Shown here one piece after another: positions 38,059-50,695 of a stretch of DNA of 64,000 nt. Each line of letters opens with the position of its first letter. Within the stretch, counting starts at the first letter, position 1. The notes beneath the pieces are model-generated. The model was not told the origin of the DNA. It saw nothing but the letters and a program-made list of their open reading frames with translations, and made no database searches. This stretch comes from Raillietiella orientalis (lineage: Eukaryota). Location of the stretch: assembly GCA_036172245.1 (NCBI GenBank), contig JAYWIR010000004.1, positions 3,906,001 to 3,970,000 of the forward strand, in the 5' to 3' direction. The position numbers and the translations under genes were made by a program.

Positions 38059-41000
38059 GAGAGCTAATCTTTCGTGCTCGGTCTCTTCACTTTTGTCTTC
38101 CCTCCTACCCTGGAGGCGCAGCGGACGATTCGTAGGCGCAAATAATGTCCAGTATGGTCACTCTATCTCTGCGACGGTTGCGGCTCAAGGTCCCTTCCCG
38201 GAATGGGTTCGTTCGAGACCGGCAGCTCCCTATTTCCCCGGGTAGTCCTCTTGATCATTTCGTCATTTCTCTCGGCAATATCTTCGAGTTACCAGTGCAG
38301 TGGGTGAGGAATCCCTTCACACCACGCACCTCCTGCGCACGCGATGGGCTCCGTCCCTGGAGGGAGCGTAACTCCCAGAGGCAGCGGTTTGAGCCGCGTC
38401 TCGTGAATAGCGCGGTAACTCCAAAATCTCGAGTGTTCTTTATTGATCACAAGGAGTACTGGCCCACACGATGCCGTCCAATAGGGGAGTGGCAGACCAT
38501 CTCAGAATGCACCAACGCGGAACCCCTTCAACGCTTCCAGTAGCTTCTAGAGGCTTCAGGAAGACTTCCGGAAATCGTGAGCTTCGTAACTTTTGCTTCA
38601 CTCTTTGTGAAAGCGAGAAACCCTACTTTCTTCTTGCGAGAACCCAGAGGGATTCTCCCAAAAGGGGAAAAGCGCTAACGGTAGTGCCACCTTGTATAAG
38701 GGAGGCGCTACCGTTTCCTTTTTCTGACAGGGCGGAAGATCCAAGTCCGTGGGTCTCTTCACTACTCCGTCCTGAAACATTTGATGGATCGTTATGGATT
38801 CCTGAGTATTGGAGGTCTGCCTCGCAATCAGACCTTCCATTTTGGCAATCTCAGAAAAGGCCTCATCGTTCTGTCTTTCACAAGGATATAAAGAGAAAGA
38901 CCAAACTGGGACTGGCAAACCTCCCTCAACGCTTCTCTGAACGGATTATCCATTGAGATTTCTGTTCGGTCCCCGAATCACATCAGAGCACGTACAGAAT
39001 TTAACGCCCGTCAACGTGCTGAGATGACCCATGCAAAATTGCTGTTGCATCTTCTTACCAGTCCGAAAGAAGTCCCATACGCTTTGAGGTGTTCCCAGCG
39101 AATTTGAATTAGGAGGGCACCATTTGGGGCCCATTCGAACCATGACTTCTCTTGCAAAACCAAGTCTTCCTAGAGCTCGTTTAGCCGACTATTCATCTCT
39201 CGATGAAACTGCCATCAAGATTTCTCTCCTCGCATACCAAGAAAAAGGAACAGGGGAAAAGAAAAGCAGACGAGGGAAATTTCCGACTCATGAACGCTTT
39301 GAAGATCAGCTTCTCGAGACATGAGAGGCGGTGCAACACAATGCTCCAGTAAACTCCTAAAACTAGAAAATCCAGAAAACAAGGAGCAGAGGCGAGATAG
39401 AATACCAAGATATTAATCTGCAGATCTCTAAGAAGAAAAAAAAAGCCTCGAGAGAGAAAGGAAAGCATTTGAAACAAACAGCTGATAGCAGCATTTGGAG
39501 ATGCAACAAAGCTGCGAACGCTGCCATACCGAGACGTAATCAAGAATGATGCTGTCAGAAACGATAGGTAGAATAGCAGATCCAACGAGCAACCAAGCCT
39601 GTCATCAAGGATTACACCCACTCGACATTGACTTTTCTAAATAAAGCTGGTACGGGCGCTGAGATGGGAAAAGGAACTCCGGGATTACGAAACCGCTGAG
39701 AAAAACGCACCTCTGCCATCCGGAGATGGCTGAGTTTACTCCACTTCTGACTACAATCCCGGCCACAGATCATCGGAGCAAGAGAAAAATTTCGACGCCC
39801 TGCGAGCATTCATCGCATCCAGGAAACGATCTTGGCAACTTTGCACATTCGGATCAAGGAAACCGCTGGTGTTTCCGACCGTATGTCTACGCAAGACAAA
39901 ACACTGGGAAATTGGGCGTTTTGGTTGTCTCTAAACAAACCCAATCATCCATCACCCCGGCACTGAAACCACTGCAACCACCTTGAGTTGATTCAGCTGA
40001 AATGGAACTGCAGAAAGCGGGAAAGTGCAGAAAGAAATGAATTTTAAGACGACTCTGCATACCAAAAAAGAGAAGAGCTCCATAAAGCGAGATTACGTTA
40101 TTCGGGCGAAAGAGGAACAACTATCGGTTTGGAAAAAGAATCCCTATTCGCGTTGACATGAAGAGTTATGCATCTGTCACCCTAAGAATAAGAAAGACTT
40201 TATTTTGAGCGCAAAAGAGACAGAAGAGACACGAGGACGACAGAGGAGAGGGGAAGGCATAGGAAATCTTCTGTTTACACATTCATGGCTGCGATAAATC
40301 CCATCAAGTTAAGGGATGCAATCAAAATAGATCAGAAGCCCATCAGACAGAAATTAGAGATAGGATTGTCTTCTCTGGAATTGGTAAGCATCCTCAGGTC
40401 ACAAAGCATGAAGCATTCGCAATCGTTCCGCCCCCAGATCAGAGATGCCGATGGAAGGCGTTGAAATTAAGAGAGAAAAAACTTTCTGCAACTAATGCGA
40501 AGAGGTCCATCCGTGAACAAGGTGGTGACCTGAATACAAATCAGATGCCGCCCTCCGTGCTGGTTTAGGGAACATACGAAGCACCGTGGAAGCCACCGGG
40601 CTGCTCACTCGGTATCTGTGTGCATGATGAATCCTGGGCTCAGAACAAGCAAGCATAAGAGAAATCCAGAATCTTGAAAAGAATCCAAAGAATGGGATTT
40701 CGTGGTCTTTTATTACGAACACATGGGAAACCACAATCTCTCGAACTTTTCTCAGACGTCTTCAGATACTCTTTTCCCTTCAAGTTCTCTTTCCCGGCTG
40801 GTAACTGCAGCCGATGGCAGAGAATGGGTACAGACAGAAGCAATTGCTGTTCTCGTGGAACTCATCTACAAAAAAAGACAGGCAAGGAGCGACTCAGAGG
40901 GCATCGCCCTCTGAGTCTCGCGTTTTCATGGGACTTAGAGGTCGCTCAAGAAACAATGAATTCCAAAACCCGTGTGTCTTCCCAGAAATTTGTATCGCAG

Positions 41001-42899
41001 CTTCAAGAATGATCTTATAAGCTGTTTCTTTGGTTCTGATGATGCCCAGAAAATTGAGTATTGATGCTGTCGTGGATGAGAACAAACAGAAATCGGTTCT
41101 CGGAGCAGTGGCAAAGATTACCGCGGGTACAAAGATGAGAAGTTCTGCGAACAAAGCATCGATAAGATTTTGGTGAAGGACTCAAGGGAGAAGTCGCAGC
41201 GTTCCGCGATAATTCTTAGAATGAAAGACACTCCAAAAACGAGGCTTTTTCTTGAGAAATCGTAATGCACTAAAATATCTTTCACGCTCGTCAAGTGTCC
41301 CAACTATTCTCTGAACTCATTTGAAAGGCCATTCAATAGTTATCCGGGATATTCGTCGATAATCAACTCATTGGGTCATTCGGACAATATCTCGAATGTT
41401 CAGAATTTATCCAAACTTCCCTATGTTTCTGGAATGTGACAGCATCTCTACAGCGGATGGGCTCTCATCACGAAAGGACTTGAATTCTCGAATTTTAACT
41501 ATTAATAAATTTTTTCTAACTTCGAATTTTCCCTTTTGCTGCCGTCTTCGCACCCGTAACACGCCTTGCTTCTTGGAGGAGCTTCAAGGTAAAGTTCCAC
41601 GTGCTTTTTTTTCCTACTAAAATTGTGCCCTTCTTTCGAGAAATGTATACATTTTCGAACATTATTAAGAGCCAGGAATTTCCAGAAATGCGTTTAAAAT
41701 ACAGAGCAGCTCCTTCACGGTTTGTCCCCTACATATGCTGATTGCCTGCAAGAGTAGCTCGTACATTTGTTCTTACTGAGAATTGAAAAATGTTCACAAT
41801 TAACTCCACATTGGCTCTCCATCTTCCGATAGTCTTAATTGATCCCCGATGTTCGTCACTCTCAGCTAGTGACGAACTTTAGGAAATCTTCCAAACCCGT
41901 CATCATGATGATCGGATCGAGGAAACTGAGCGATTCCCCCATCCTAAGCAAATGGAAGTACCGAAGGCATCCTAAAGCATCTGCTATGGACCTCAATGGG
42001 TTACTGCTGAGGAAGTATAGGAAGCTGATTCAGACTTCTGGCTCAGTTGCTGGGGTCTTCATCGAGGTCAGTCTACGCTGTCACTGAGAATCGCCACGAT
42101 CCAAGATCAAACCTCAAACGCAGATGATGAAACCCATTGGAACCCCAGAGATGATTCCCTAGTAAGCTTTTGGAAGCCTCTGTATTAACATTTGTTAAGA
42201 TTCTGAACTTGCTTACGGGAAAAAGCCTTCTCTGGATTCTTCGAGGCAGAGACCTAGGACTGCTGAAGGGAATTTACGGAGAGTTTGCTTTCGAGGTGTG
42301 CGATCTTCAGGGTGAAACGAAATCCCATGAAGAAACATCCCCTCTCCCTTTCTCCAAAAATCATTTCCATCTCAACTTTTAAATGTTTCCTTATTCACTG
42401 CATTGGTCATCTACAGGATTTCGGATTTCGCTTTACTGACGCCAGGAATCTCGCGTTTGGAGTGAACATGAGAGGATCCAACGCAACAGACGCGATTCGC
42501 TTTAGAATATCGCAGCATCGCGAGAGCGCATATTACTTCTGTTGTTGATTTTGGGATGGTCGGGGAATGGAGGTCCTGCATTCGGAGGAACTGCTGGCGC
42601 GGAGTTCGAGAAAGTGAGCAGGCATGCCGGCAACGGAACGGCTACGAGCCGGAAGCCGAACGAAGTCTTGGCAATTCCAAGGAACAAAACTATGAACTAA
42701 TCGCTTGATTGAAAAGAAGTTTCTAGAACAATTCTTGTTTGCTATCTAATCATGATTGCTCAGACAATGAGAGACTTCCAGGCACCTCCATTGAAACAGC
42801 GGACGATGCTCGCCAAAAAGCGTGAGCAGATTGAATACTGGTCACAGAAGAAGCAGGTAGCTGCTGCGTTCTTGTCCTTAATCTCTGTACTGATCTAGG

Positions 42900-43700
42900 C
42901 ATCTTTACGCAAGGTAGAAGCATGTGGTATGGCATCCTGATGAGTTCGAATGGTCCCGATGGGTTGGAATGTTGGGATTTTCGAAATGGTAGTTTGTGTT
43001 TTAGCTCAACGGAAATTTCGGACGTCATATCGTCAGAACGAGAAAAGCCCATCTTCAATAATGCAGTTTTTATCTGCAGAGTATTATGGGTAAGTTTGAA
43101 AGAACCAGGATGTTTGGAAGACATTGCCCACGCAATTGCGCCGCAATCAGTGCAAACACTGGGATTCTTCCGTCAGTTCTCTTTGAACAGCCTTACTCTC
43201 GAACCTGAAAGTCTCTCTCTTATCAAAGCCGTCTGAAGTAATGGCTTCTTCTCATCACCTACTATTGATGTACTGTAGAAGACAGAAGGGCAGAGTACAC
43301 TTTGTGCAGTCTGTTTCCCAGCGTTCACAGCTCTGGAATTCAGTCAGAGAGCGGATAGACGGATCTGTCCGTTGCTTGCCTCTTCCACCCTTCATGACTC
43401 CATACGGTTCGCTAAATAGTCAGGAGCAGATTTCGTACAGAGTTTTCCTTTGCATCCTATTGCTCTAGGCATGCTTGTCATTATTACCTCATATGCTTCC
43501 AATAATGGACCTGATCACCTGGCTGATGCTGTCATTTTATCTTCCTGTAGAAAATAACATTCTTCTAGAAGCACACCTAACATCTTCGCGGTTCCAGTTT
43601 CTATCTTCAGTAGGACTTATGAGGTCTCAGGTCATGACTTTCATGAATTCCCATCGGTAAAGGGCTCTCTATAGCCGTGAGTCATGTGAAAATATAAGGT
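42900..43700 (+). mobile_element. Decayed non-LTR RT N-terminal region
   Basis: SSNGPDGL (~42943) matches the SPGPDG motif and is followed by weak downstream RT remnants. Confidence 0.45.
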
Positions 43701-46700
43701 CATGAAATGCTGCTCTTAGATCCCTGAAACTCTTAACTTCAGATCAACGACCAGAGATCCTAAGTCTTAGAAGCGATGAGACATTCTGACATTCTTTTAT
43801 GAAACTGCATTTTGGAGGATTAGCATGCTTAGTGTGTGGAGGGCTCCAGGAGCATCTGGAAGGTTCCGGTCCATTGCCAGCTTTTCGAGCGCTTTTGGAA
43901 AACAAGAAAGATCCTTGTAGTTCTGAGCAATTCAGTAAGCAGTTTTGCTACAACTGATCATTGATAATGTTTCCAAAGAGGTTCTGGACATAATCACACC
44001 ATTTGTTATTTCGCACGAGCATGCAATTCATGAAGCATCTCAATTCTTATTGGTTATTAATTCCAAGGATATTCTTGCCTGTCTTGGATGCGCAAAATGA
44101 AGGGGCATGGTTCTGACTCTCAAATGTACATAAATGATGCAGAATGAGAAGGCAAATGGGATTTGCTTCCATTTCTAAAGAGGAGCAGCGAGTATTGCAT
44201 GTTCGATGTGTGCATTTCTACCAGCCAACGGGATGATTTTGCGGTGAAATGCCGAAACCTGAGAGCACAACCTCCAAAGATGCAGTAAAAATAAAGACTC
44301 AAATGAGTAAACATCAAATCTTCGACAAATCACTCTGCAGCTGATGTTCCGCTCCATTTTCGCGAAGAAGAATTTTAAGAACTGTTGGTACATGTTCACG
44401 ATACCTCTTGAGAGAAAACTTTCGTCTATTCGGATCAAATGTCGGAAGAATTTCCAGTGACTCTGAACTAAAGTTCGACTCGCATTCCTCAAAGCAGTGT
44501 AGCTTACTAGATTAGAACTCTGAAAGATCGCCAGTAGGGGAGAGTGAATGGCATGGAAGGGAAATTGCGGAAATCGATAGTCGTGCAGAAAGGAGTGTTG
44601 CATTTAAAGGACACCTTAAGTGCATCATAAAAGCACATGTGGCCCAATCAAAGATAGAAGAAAAAGAATCAAAAGCTCTTCCAAAGCAATTAAGGAAAGA
44701 AGGACTGCCAAAAGCATTCCGGAGAGTCCTATTTGGGGAGGGAGTCGGAAAAAAGTTAAAAGATGGATTGCACTGAACAGCATTGCCACTATCTGAGCTG
44801 AAGGCACTACCAGAGGGGTCATTTCATTGCGACCACTGCTTCGCCAAGTTTTAGCTAGGGAACGCATTTCGGAACAATCGCGAAAACCTTCCGTCTCTGC
44901 TCTGAAAGATATCCGAAGTGTTGCATTTGGTAACAACAAGAAATCCATTACCGATGGAGATGGTAGCAGAAAATGGCATGGCTCGGTACTCGAAGGACCT
45001 ACAGGGTGCCTCTTCCTTGTTGTTCGAAACATAGCAAACAAATCTCACCGTGGAACATGCAAACGAACGAACACGAAGAAAGCGATCGTCTGCCTGATTT
45101 TCTTCCCCGACAGTCGTTGACATCACTCAGAAATGAAACTGAGCATAGCGGCTGATACTCTCAGAAAAATTAGCTTTCTCTGAGAAGCATCTAGCGAGCC
45201 GTTCCCGAGAACTACAGGATCTCCATCGCATTGTGTGGTTTGTGCGCAGGCTCAGGATGGTGAAAGATAGCCCGGTAATTAGCTGAACGAAGAATCTGTA
45301 GTGTCCTGTTGGAGGGCTTTAACTGATCGCTTTCCATTTTAGGATACCCTCCACGCACATGTGATGTGATTTTGCCCTTGCCTGACAAACCAAAGGTTCA
45401 GGAACAACAAGGATTCGGTCTGCTCCGTGCTTTTCAAGCTCGAACAAATCCACGTAGCAAACTTCCGAATGAGTACAAAAGGCTTCTCTAGCCAGGAAGG
45501 GCTTCATTAATTAAAGACATGGACCCTATACGCTGAAAGTTTCTTGCCTTCCGAACCACTTTTCGCTTTTGCGAATTACCTCTACCGATTACTGTGATCC
45601 AAAGTTTTACAAATGAAGAGCATCTGCACGGAACCCGGAGGAAGGGACCGCTGCAACAAGCCATCTCAGCAAAATGACGAAATAAGATCAACAAGCCGTC
45701 CTCATTCAGGTGGGCTCTGGAATGTTATTCCCTACGTATGTTCTTAACTACTAAATGGCACTCATTGCTCAATCTTTCCACTCCACGGCTCACTCGCGAG
45801 ATCCGTCTCTTGGGTTACTTTTTGATGTCTTTTAGCCAAGCTTCCTCATCGGTCGTGATCACGCCTCTTAAGTGTGGCAATGGACTGCTTCGTGGTAAAA
45901 TCAGAGGCAGGAAAAAAAGCGCATGTATCCAGTCTGCAAGCGGAGATTGCTTGTGCTGTCGAGTAAATTTCAAAAATAAACTTCGCCGACGGTTGGGATC
46001 CCCACCGATTTGTGAAGAGCGCAGGAGTTACGAAAGCTCCGAGTGTTCGAATGCTCTTCGTTTCAGATGCCATGAAAGAATAAAAAGGGAAGACCTAAAA
46101 TGAGGACAATGAATCGAATATTCGATTCTGAAGATAAAATAGTGCTGGCGTTCTCAAAGAGACAGCAGAATATTAACCAATTCTTATCCATGATGCCTCG
46201 GGGACTTCCGTAGATCATGGTCCCTGTTTGAGTGGTCACAGTCTAAAGGCATGACAAAGAGCTCGAGATTCGCAATGAATACTTTAGTAAGGGCTAGAGA
46301 TATTCTAGGAAGGCAAATAGTTATTGGATCTCAACTCTAATGGAAGAGAACTGTTCTTTCGGTAACTTTCGCAGCCATGTTGATCGAGAAGTAGACTTTC
46401 CCATTGGTTTCCTAATTAGGTTAAATTATAGCTTCTCCATTCGAAAAGATGCTCAAGAACCTTACAGTCATCAGCTGTAACTATATAAAGTTCTACAGCT
46501 AGGAATTCGTCTGAACCAGGAAGTTTACGAAGTCTCGAAGCTACGAATCCATCACTTCCATCCGCTCGCTGCTCGATGGTCTGGAGCCAACATAAGACAA
46601 TGACAGTCTGTTCTTTAAAGCGAAGAGAAGTTCTCACAAGATTCGAGCCACGAGAAATTAACGCCAACTTTCTCGTCCCAATCCACATACTTCGAGTAAC

Positions 46701-46981
46701 GCTTTCCCTAAAGATGCATGGGAACTCTGGAAAGACAGATTTGTACCTTGCTGTTCGGATGCCGTTCGAATACTCGTGCTGCACATAAAAAATGAATCCC
46801 ATCTATCGTGTTGCACCTGCGGTCCATTGTCAGATATGTACTTTCAAATGTGAAATCGGTGGGCAATGCCATTCCTCAGAATGAATGCCAGCTGGAGCTT
46901 TTCTGACACATTGGACTAACAGTGGTCGAGCGTTCCTGAAAACCCCAAAATGTGAGAGAATTTGTGTTCGTGCAACATAAT

Positions 46982-47047
46982 TACGGTGGGTCCTCGTATA
47001 ACGCGGGAAAAACGTTTCGTTTTGTACGAATCCGCTTTATACGAGCC
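46982..47047. mobile_element. pogo/Tigger-like transposon or MITE end
   Basis: TA + CGGTGGGTCCTCGTATAACG resembles pogo-type TIRs, with an internal inverted repeat CTCGTATAAcGCGG / CCGCtTTATACGAG. Confidence 0.5.
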
Positions 47048-47540
47048 CTATGGATTATACATGAATAATGTGATAGTATTTACAAAAGATAGAAAATGTA
47101 CTTTAAATGGCTTAACAGTAGAATATTTACCATTTCACTTGTAAAGAGAAAGAAACAACTCAAAAAGTTTATTTATTACTTAAAGTTTAGAAAAAGCTCT
47201 TAGAGTCTTGCTGATATTTAATCGATTTAAGCGATTTTATCGTTCAAGCTCTATCACTGTATTATCTGAGCGTCACATGGTATTAGGCTATCACCACTCT
47301 TTCTTAGGACCGCAGTTCGACTCTACATTTTAGGCTGCCCAGTCAAAGACTCGAGGAATTCTTCCGCTCCGAACTACTGTTCTCAAATATCCCTACAAGT
47401 ATTTCGTACACAAACAAAGACATCCAACCTCACTTACTTCCATATCTGTTGACAAATGGTAATGAAGATCACGGAGAGAACAAGCTTCGGCTAGAAAAGC
47501 GCATCTGCTTATCGGTTTATAGGACCAAGATTTTTCATTT

Positions 47541-47678
47541 GTTCATGGTATACATATTTTACCTCTTCTTCTGAGATAATATCATACGTTCATAGTATAC
47601 ATTTTTACTTCTTATTGTGCGATGGTATCATTCGTTCATGGCATATACATATTTTACCTCTTCTTCTGCGACGGTAGT
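47541..47678. repeat. Minisatellite, 3 x ~46-47 bp
   Basis: Units begin GTTCAT at 47541, 47588 and 47634 and share TATACAT(A)TTTTAC. Confidence 0.9.
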
Positions 47679-49299
47679 CACTCAACTACTGTGCAAATGC
47701 CTTCGTAGTCCAGCAGCGTAGCTCAAATGAAAAATCAGTATACAGATAATCTGATCAGAGCGTTACTGCCATTAAGAAAACCTCGTGCTGGATGACAGCA
47801 TCTTTATGGATGTTCCTTGTTCGCTGCAACGACTCAATTAGCAGATACAAGGAGCATCCCCGAACTCACCACAGCCATTACAGCATGCAGACATTCTGCA
47901 TAGGTTTTCAGCTTTGGAGGAATGCGGATCAACACGCTCGACAGAAAAGCTAAAACCAAAAAATCTTGAAAATGATCGTGCAAAATCTTGAGCATTTTTC
48001 ATGAACGCCGACAACGATCTCTCTTCCCACTTCCCCTCACCGCATTTCATCCTCACAGGTTTGACGAACGCTGAAGAAACCATTACATACCACGACGTCC
48101 CAATCTGATTTTTCAACCAAACACTTACTTCATTTCACTCTGCGTGATTAACGATTATGTGGACAGAGTCATCACTCTCATTATGCGCTGATCTTAGAGG
48201 AACACCTACACTGCGAACATATTGAAACACATCGTAAGCATACGTACCTAACTTAACACCCACTTTTGGTATCTGCGAACAACAATACGAAAACAAAGCG
48301 CCATATGCATCCCATGAGGTGCTCACTGAATCCGAATCTTGATTGACTACCAACTGGGAATAAGCAGCCTCTCCGATCTCTGGATTGCGAAGAGGATTCA
48401 TTCCATTTCGTTAACTTCAGTCGTAGGGAGCTTGAGAGGACTGCGGAAATCCAATTCAGAAAGCAACCGTTGTCAGTTGCAGTGCAACCGTTCCTCTGGA
48501 GAGATGCCGGTCTCACTTTCAGATCCTGTCTGCGGATGCACAAACAGACCTTCAGGTAACTCCGAAGAACTGGCTGTTCAGATTTGCCTATCCGTTCACT
48601 TGCAGCACGTAAGCCGGATGAGAATTGTTTTGCATCTCCTTGACAAAGTGGGCTACAGTGATGGATGAGATTTGCCCTTACTTATGCAGAATGTGGCATT
48701 CAGTCGAACGCAGTATCGGATATTTCCGTCTGTCACAGATCGTTACGTATATCGATGCAAAAAGTAGGTCTTCCAAAATTCACGGTTTCATGTTCTCACT
48801 TCAACCGTGCGTCTGCCAGCGAAGCGTAAGCCACGGAGTTTCCTCATTTTGAGAAAACCCTCAAAACAAATGTCCATATGGAAAAACTCCAAATTCTTCC
48901 TCGAGAGCATTCACCGTAACGTTTAACGTAAGGAAGATTAATTTATCATGGCGCCTTTTAATGCACAAACAAGAAAAGGAGAACGATGGATTTACCGAAT
49001 GCCTACCACGCATGCACCGAAGATGTATCTGGAGCTCGTTTCGTTCCTCGAATGCTTTCCGTCGGAGGACGCTGAAGCCGCTCGTAGAGATAAGTCATCA
49101 GCCACACACCTTCCATAAGTGATCGAACAAACCAGCATCCAGTAACATTCCGATTCTACAGGATATATTACGCTGCCTGCAAAGGTCACCACCGCTGATC
49201 TCCCATCGAGGAAAAAGAAACTTAGAAGTCACCAAACTGACGAAAGAGAAATACGGAGATTCGAGAAAAATTCAAGGCAGCACGAACAACCACACCATA

Positions 49300-49853
49300 C
49301 AGTGTACAGCAAATCGCAAGAGCCGCTAGTGTTTGGCAAGCTTTCCTTTCCCGCCAAGTTCACTGGGAAAAGTTCAGCGCCCGCCTATTCCCGAATCGCA
49401 ATCGCGATCTCCGGGTGCGCGAAGCCGCAGATGCCATCAGCACGGTGGATGGGTTGGCATAGCTGCGACCACCACCTCAGCCGTCCGGTTGCGTTGCGTT
49501 CCACTTTCCGCCCCGCTCGCGCAGCCAAGCAGCTTGCGCGGCGGCACGCGTGGCAAGTGCTTTTCGTTTCGCAAAGCCCGTCGCCCCCCCCCCCCCCCCC
49601 GTCCCTGCCGCCCCGCACCCCATCAACGAAGGGGAACACGCAGATTTGCAAACACCCAAAAATTACTTCCCTCTATGCGGTCGCATCGCGCTTACGTATC
49701 CACCGAGCGTTTCCGTGTTGCGGGATGCGTGGTGCCGAATTCTTGGCATGCGTGTTTCCTTCTTGCAACACGCCCCGGAAGTCGTGTGACGGTGCTCGTG
49801 CCTGTCGCCTCTGACCGTGCAAGCATACATCTCCCGGATCGGAATTCGTGGAA
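49300..49853 (+). promoter_or_regulatory. CpG-rich promoter/5' region of SELENOK
   Basis: Abrupt GC- and CpG-rich block with a C17 tract (49584-49600), directly upstream of ATG 49854. Confidence 0.6.
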
Positions 49854-50580
49854 ATGCCTTACATAGATTCCAGTAAGTTGAACGCTCGAGTCCATGCGAC
49901 AACCAAACCGCGCGTTCGCACCCTTTTCAAAGTCCATCGGAAGACGAAACACGCAAAGCTGCAAGCGTCATCCGCTGTTGCAGTGCGAAATGCAGTGCGC
50001 CCGAACGAGTGAAAATAAAGATGCCCGCTAGCATCCCACTCCGTTTGCCCCGTTGCTAAAAACCTGTGTTCCAGGCGGCCGTTTGCAATCGTCCAGGCCA
50101 TGGAGCCTAGCCTTAATTACAGAGACCTTTTGGAGTGCTCTCCAGTTTGTTAGCCTATTGTGAGCATTGCTTTCATACATCTCGAGCGAAAGTGGAGTGC
50201 AATGCGGACTTTGCATGCAGTCCTTCCGATGCAAAAGTCTCTCGCGTTCGTTGTAATTCAGCACATTGTGCCGTGTGTATCAAATTCGTGAGCATTGTGG
50301 TGTGATTGGAGCATCAAGTGCACCCATCTGATTCCAATCCATGGTTATGCTTTTCAATTTGCAGCTTCCAGTCACTTTTCAACCCTACCTCCACATCCAA
50401 AAGACGTCCTGGATCAAGTGCACCTTACAGGAAAGGTGGCCAAGGGTAGTAATTGCGCTTGCATGCGCACGTTGCTCAAGCGATGCATTTTGCAGACCCC
50501 CTCCGGGTCCCAAACGCTTTGGGACCTTACAAGATGCACCCAGCGGCCCCAGTTGCTCTTTTGCTGGAGGATGACAATAG
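49854..50580 (+). CDS. SELENOK: Selenoprotein K, 89 aa, Sec88; exons 49854-49872, 50075-50159, 50365-50445, 50496-50580
   Basis: Spliced product: MPYIDSSGRLQSSRPWSLALITETFWSALQFVSLFFQSLFNPTSTSKRRPGSSAPYRKGGQGPPPGPKRFGTLQDAPSGPSCSFAGGUQ*. It has the SelK N-terminus (MxYIxxxG..RPWxL..I...FW), one TM helix and a G/P/R-rich tail ending AGGU. The three GT-AG introns have compatible phases. TGA is at 50572-50574, followed by CAA TAG. Confidence 0.95.
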
Positions 50581-50618
50581 TGCACACCCATCCTTGGGAT
50601 GGGGTCACGTTCACACCG

Positions 50619-50695
50619 ATCGAGTCTTTGGCAAATTGTGATGCTTTCTTGGTAAAACAGGGTCCGAGAAAGTGGAAGAGTGCTGAAATCTCGAT
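50619..50695 (+). promoter_or_regulatory. Type I SECIS element (GUGA form)
   Basis: Core GTGAT (50638-50642)/GGAA (50674-50677); helix II GCTTTCTTGG/CCGAGAAAGT (10 bp); apical loop TAAAACAGGGT; helix I TTTGGCA/TGCTGAA extended by ATCGAG/CTCGAT. Confidence 0.9.

Noticed and set aside
40300..41100. Further RT relics (also ~37250-37900 and ~44600-45900)
   Set aside because: Only faint motif echoes; too eroded to call by eye.
42937..42990. Hammerhead-like CTGATGA...GAAA
   Set aside because: Stem II cannot form, and it lies in RT-derived sequence. Other CTGATGA sites I checked also failed.
47838..48116. hAT dimerisation domain (SFSVERV)
   Set aside because: A single short motif; other conserved residues are missing.
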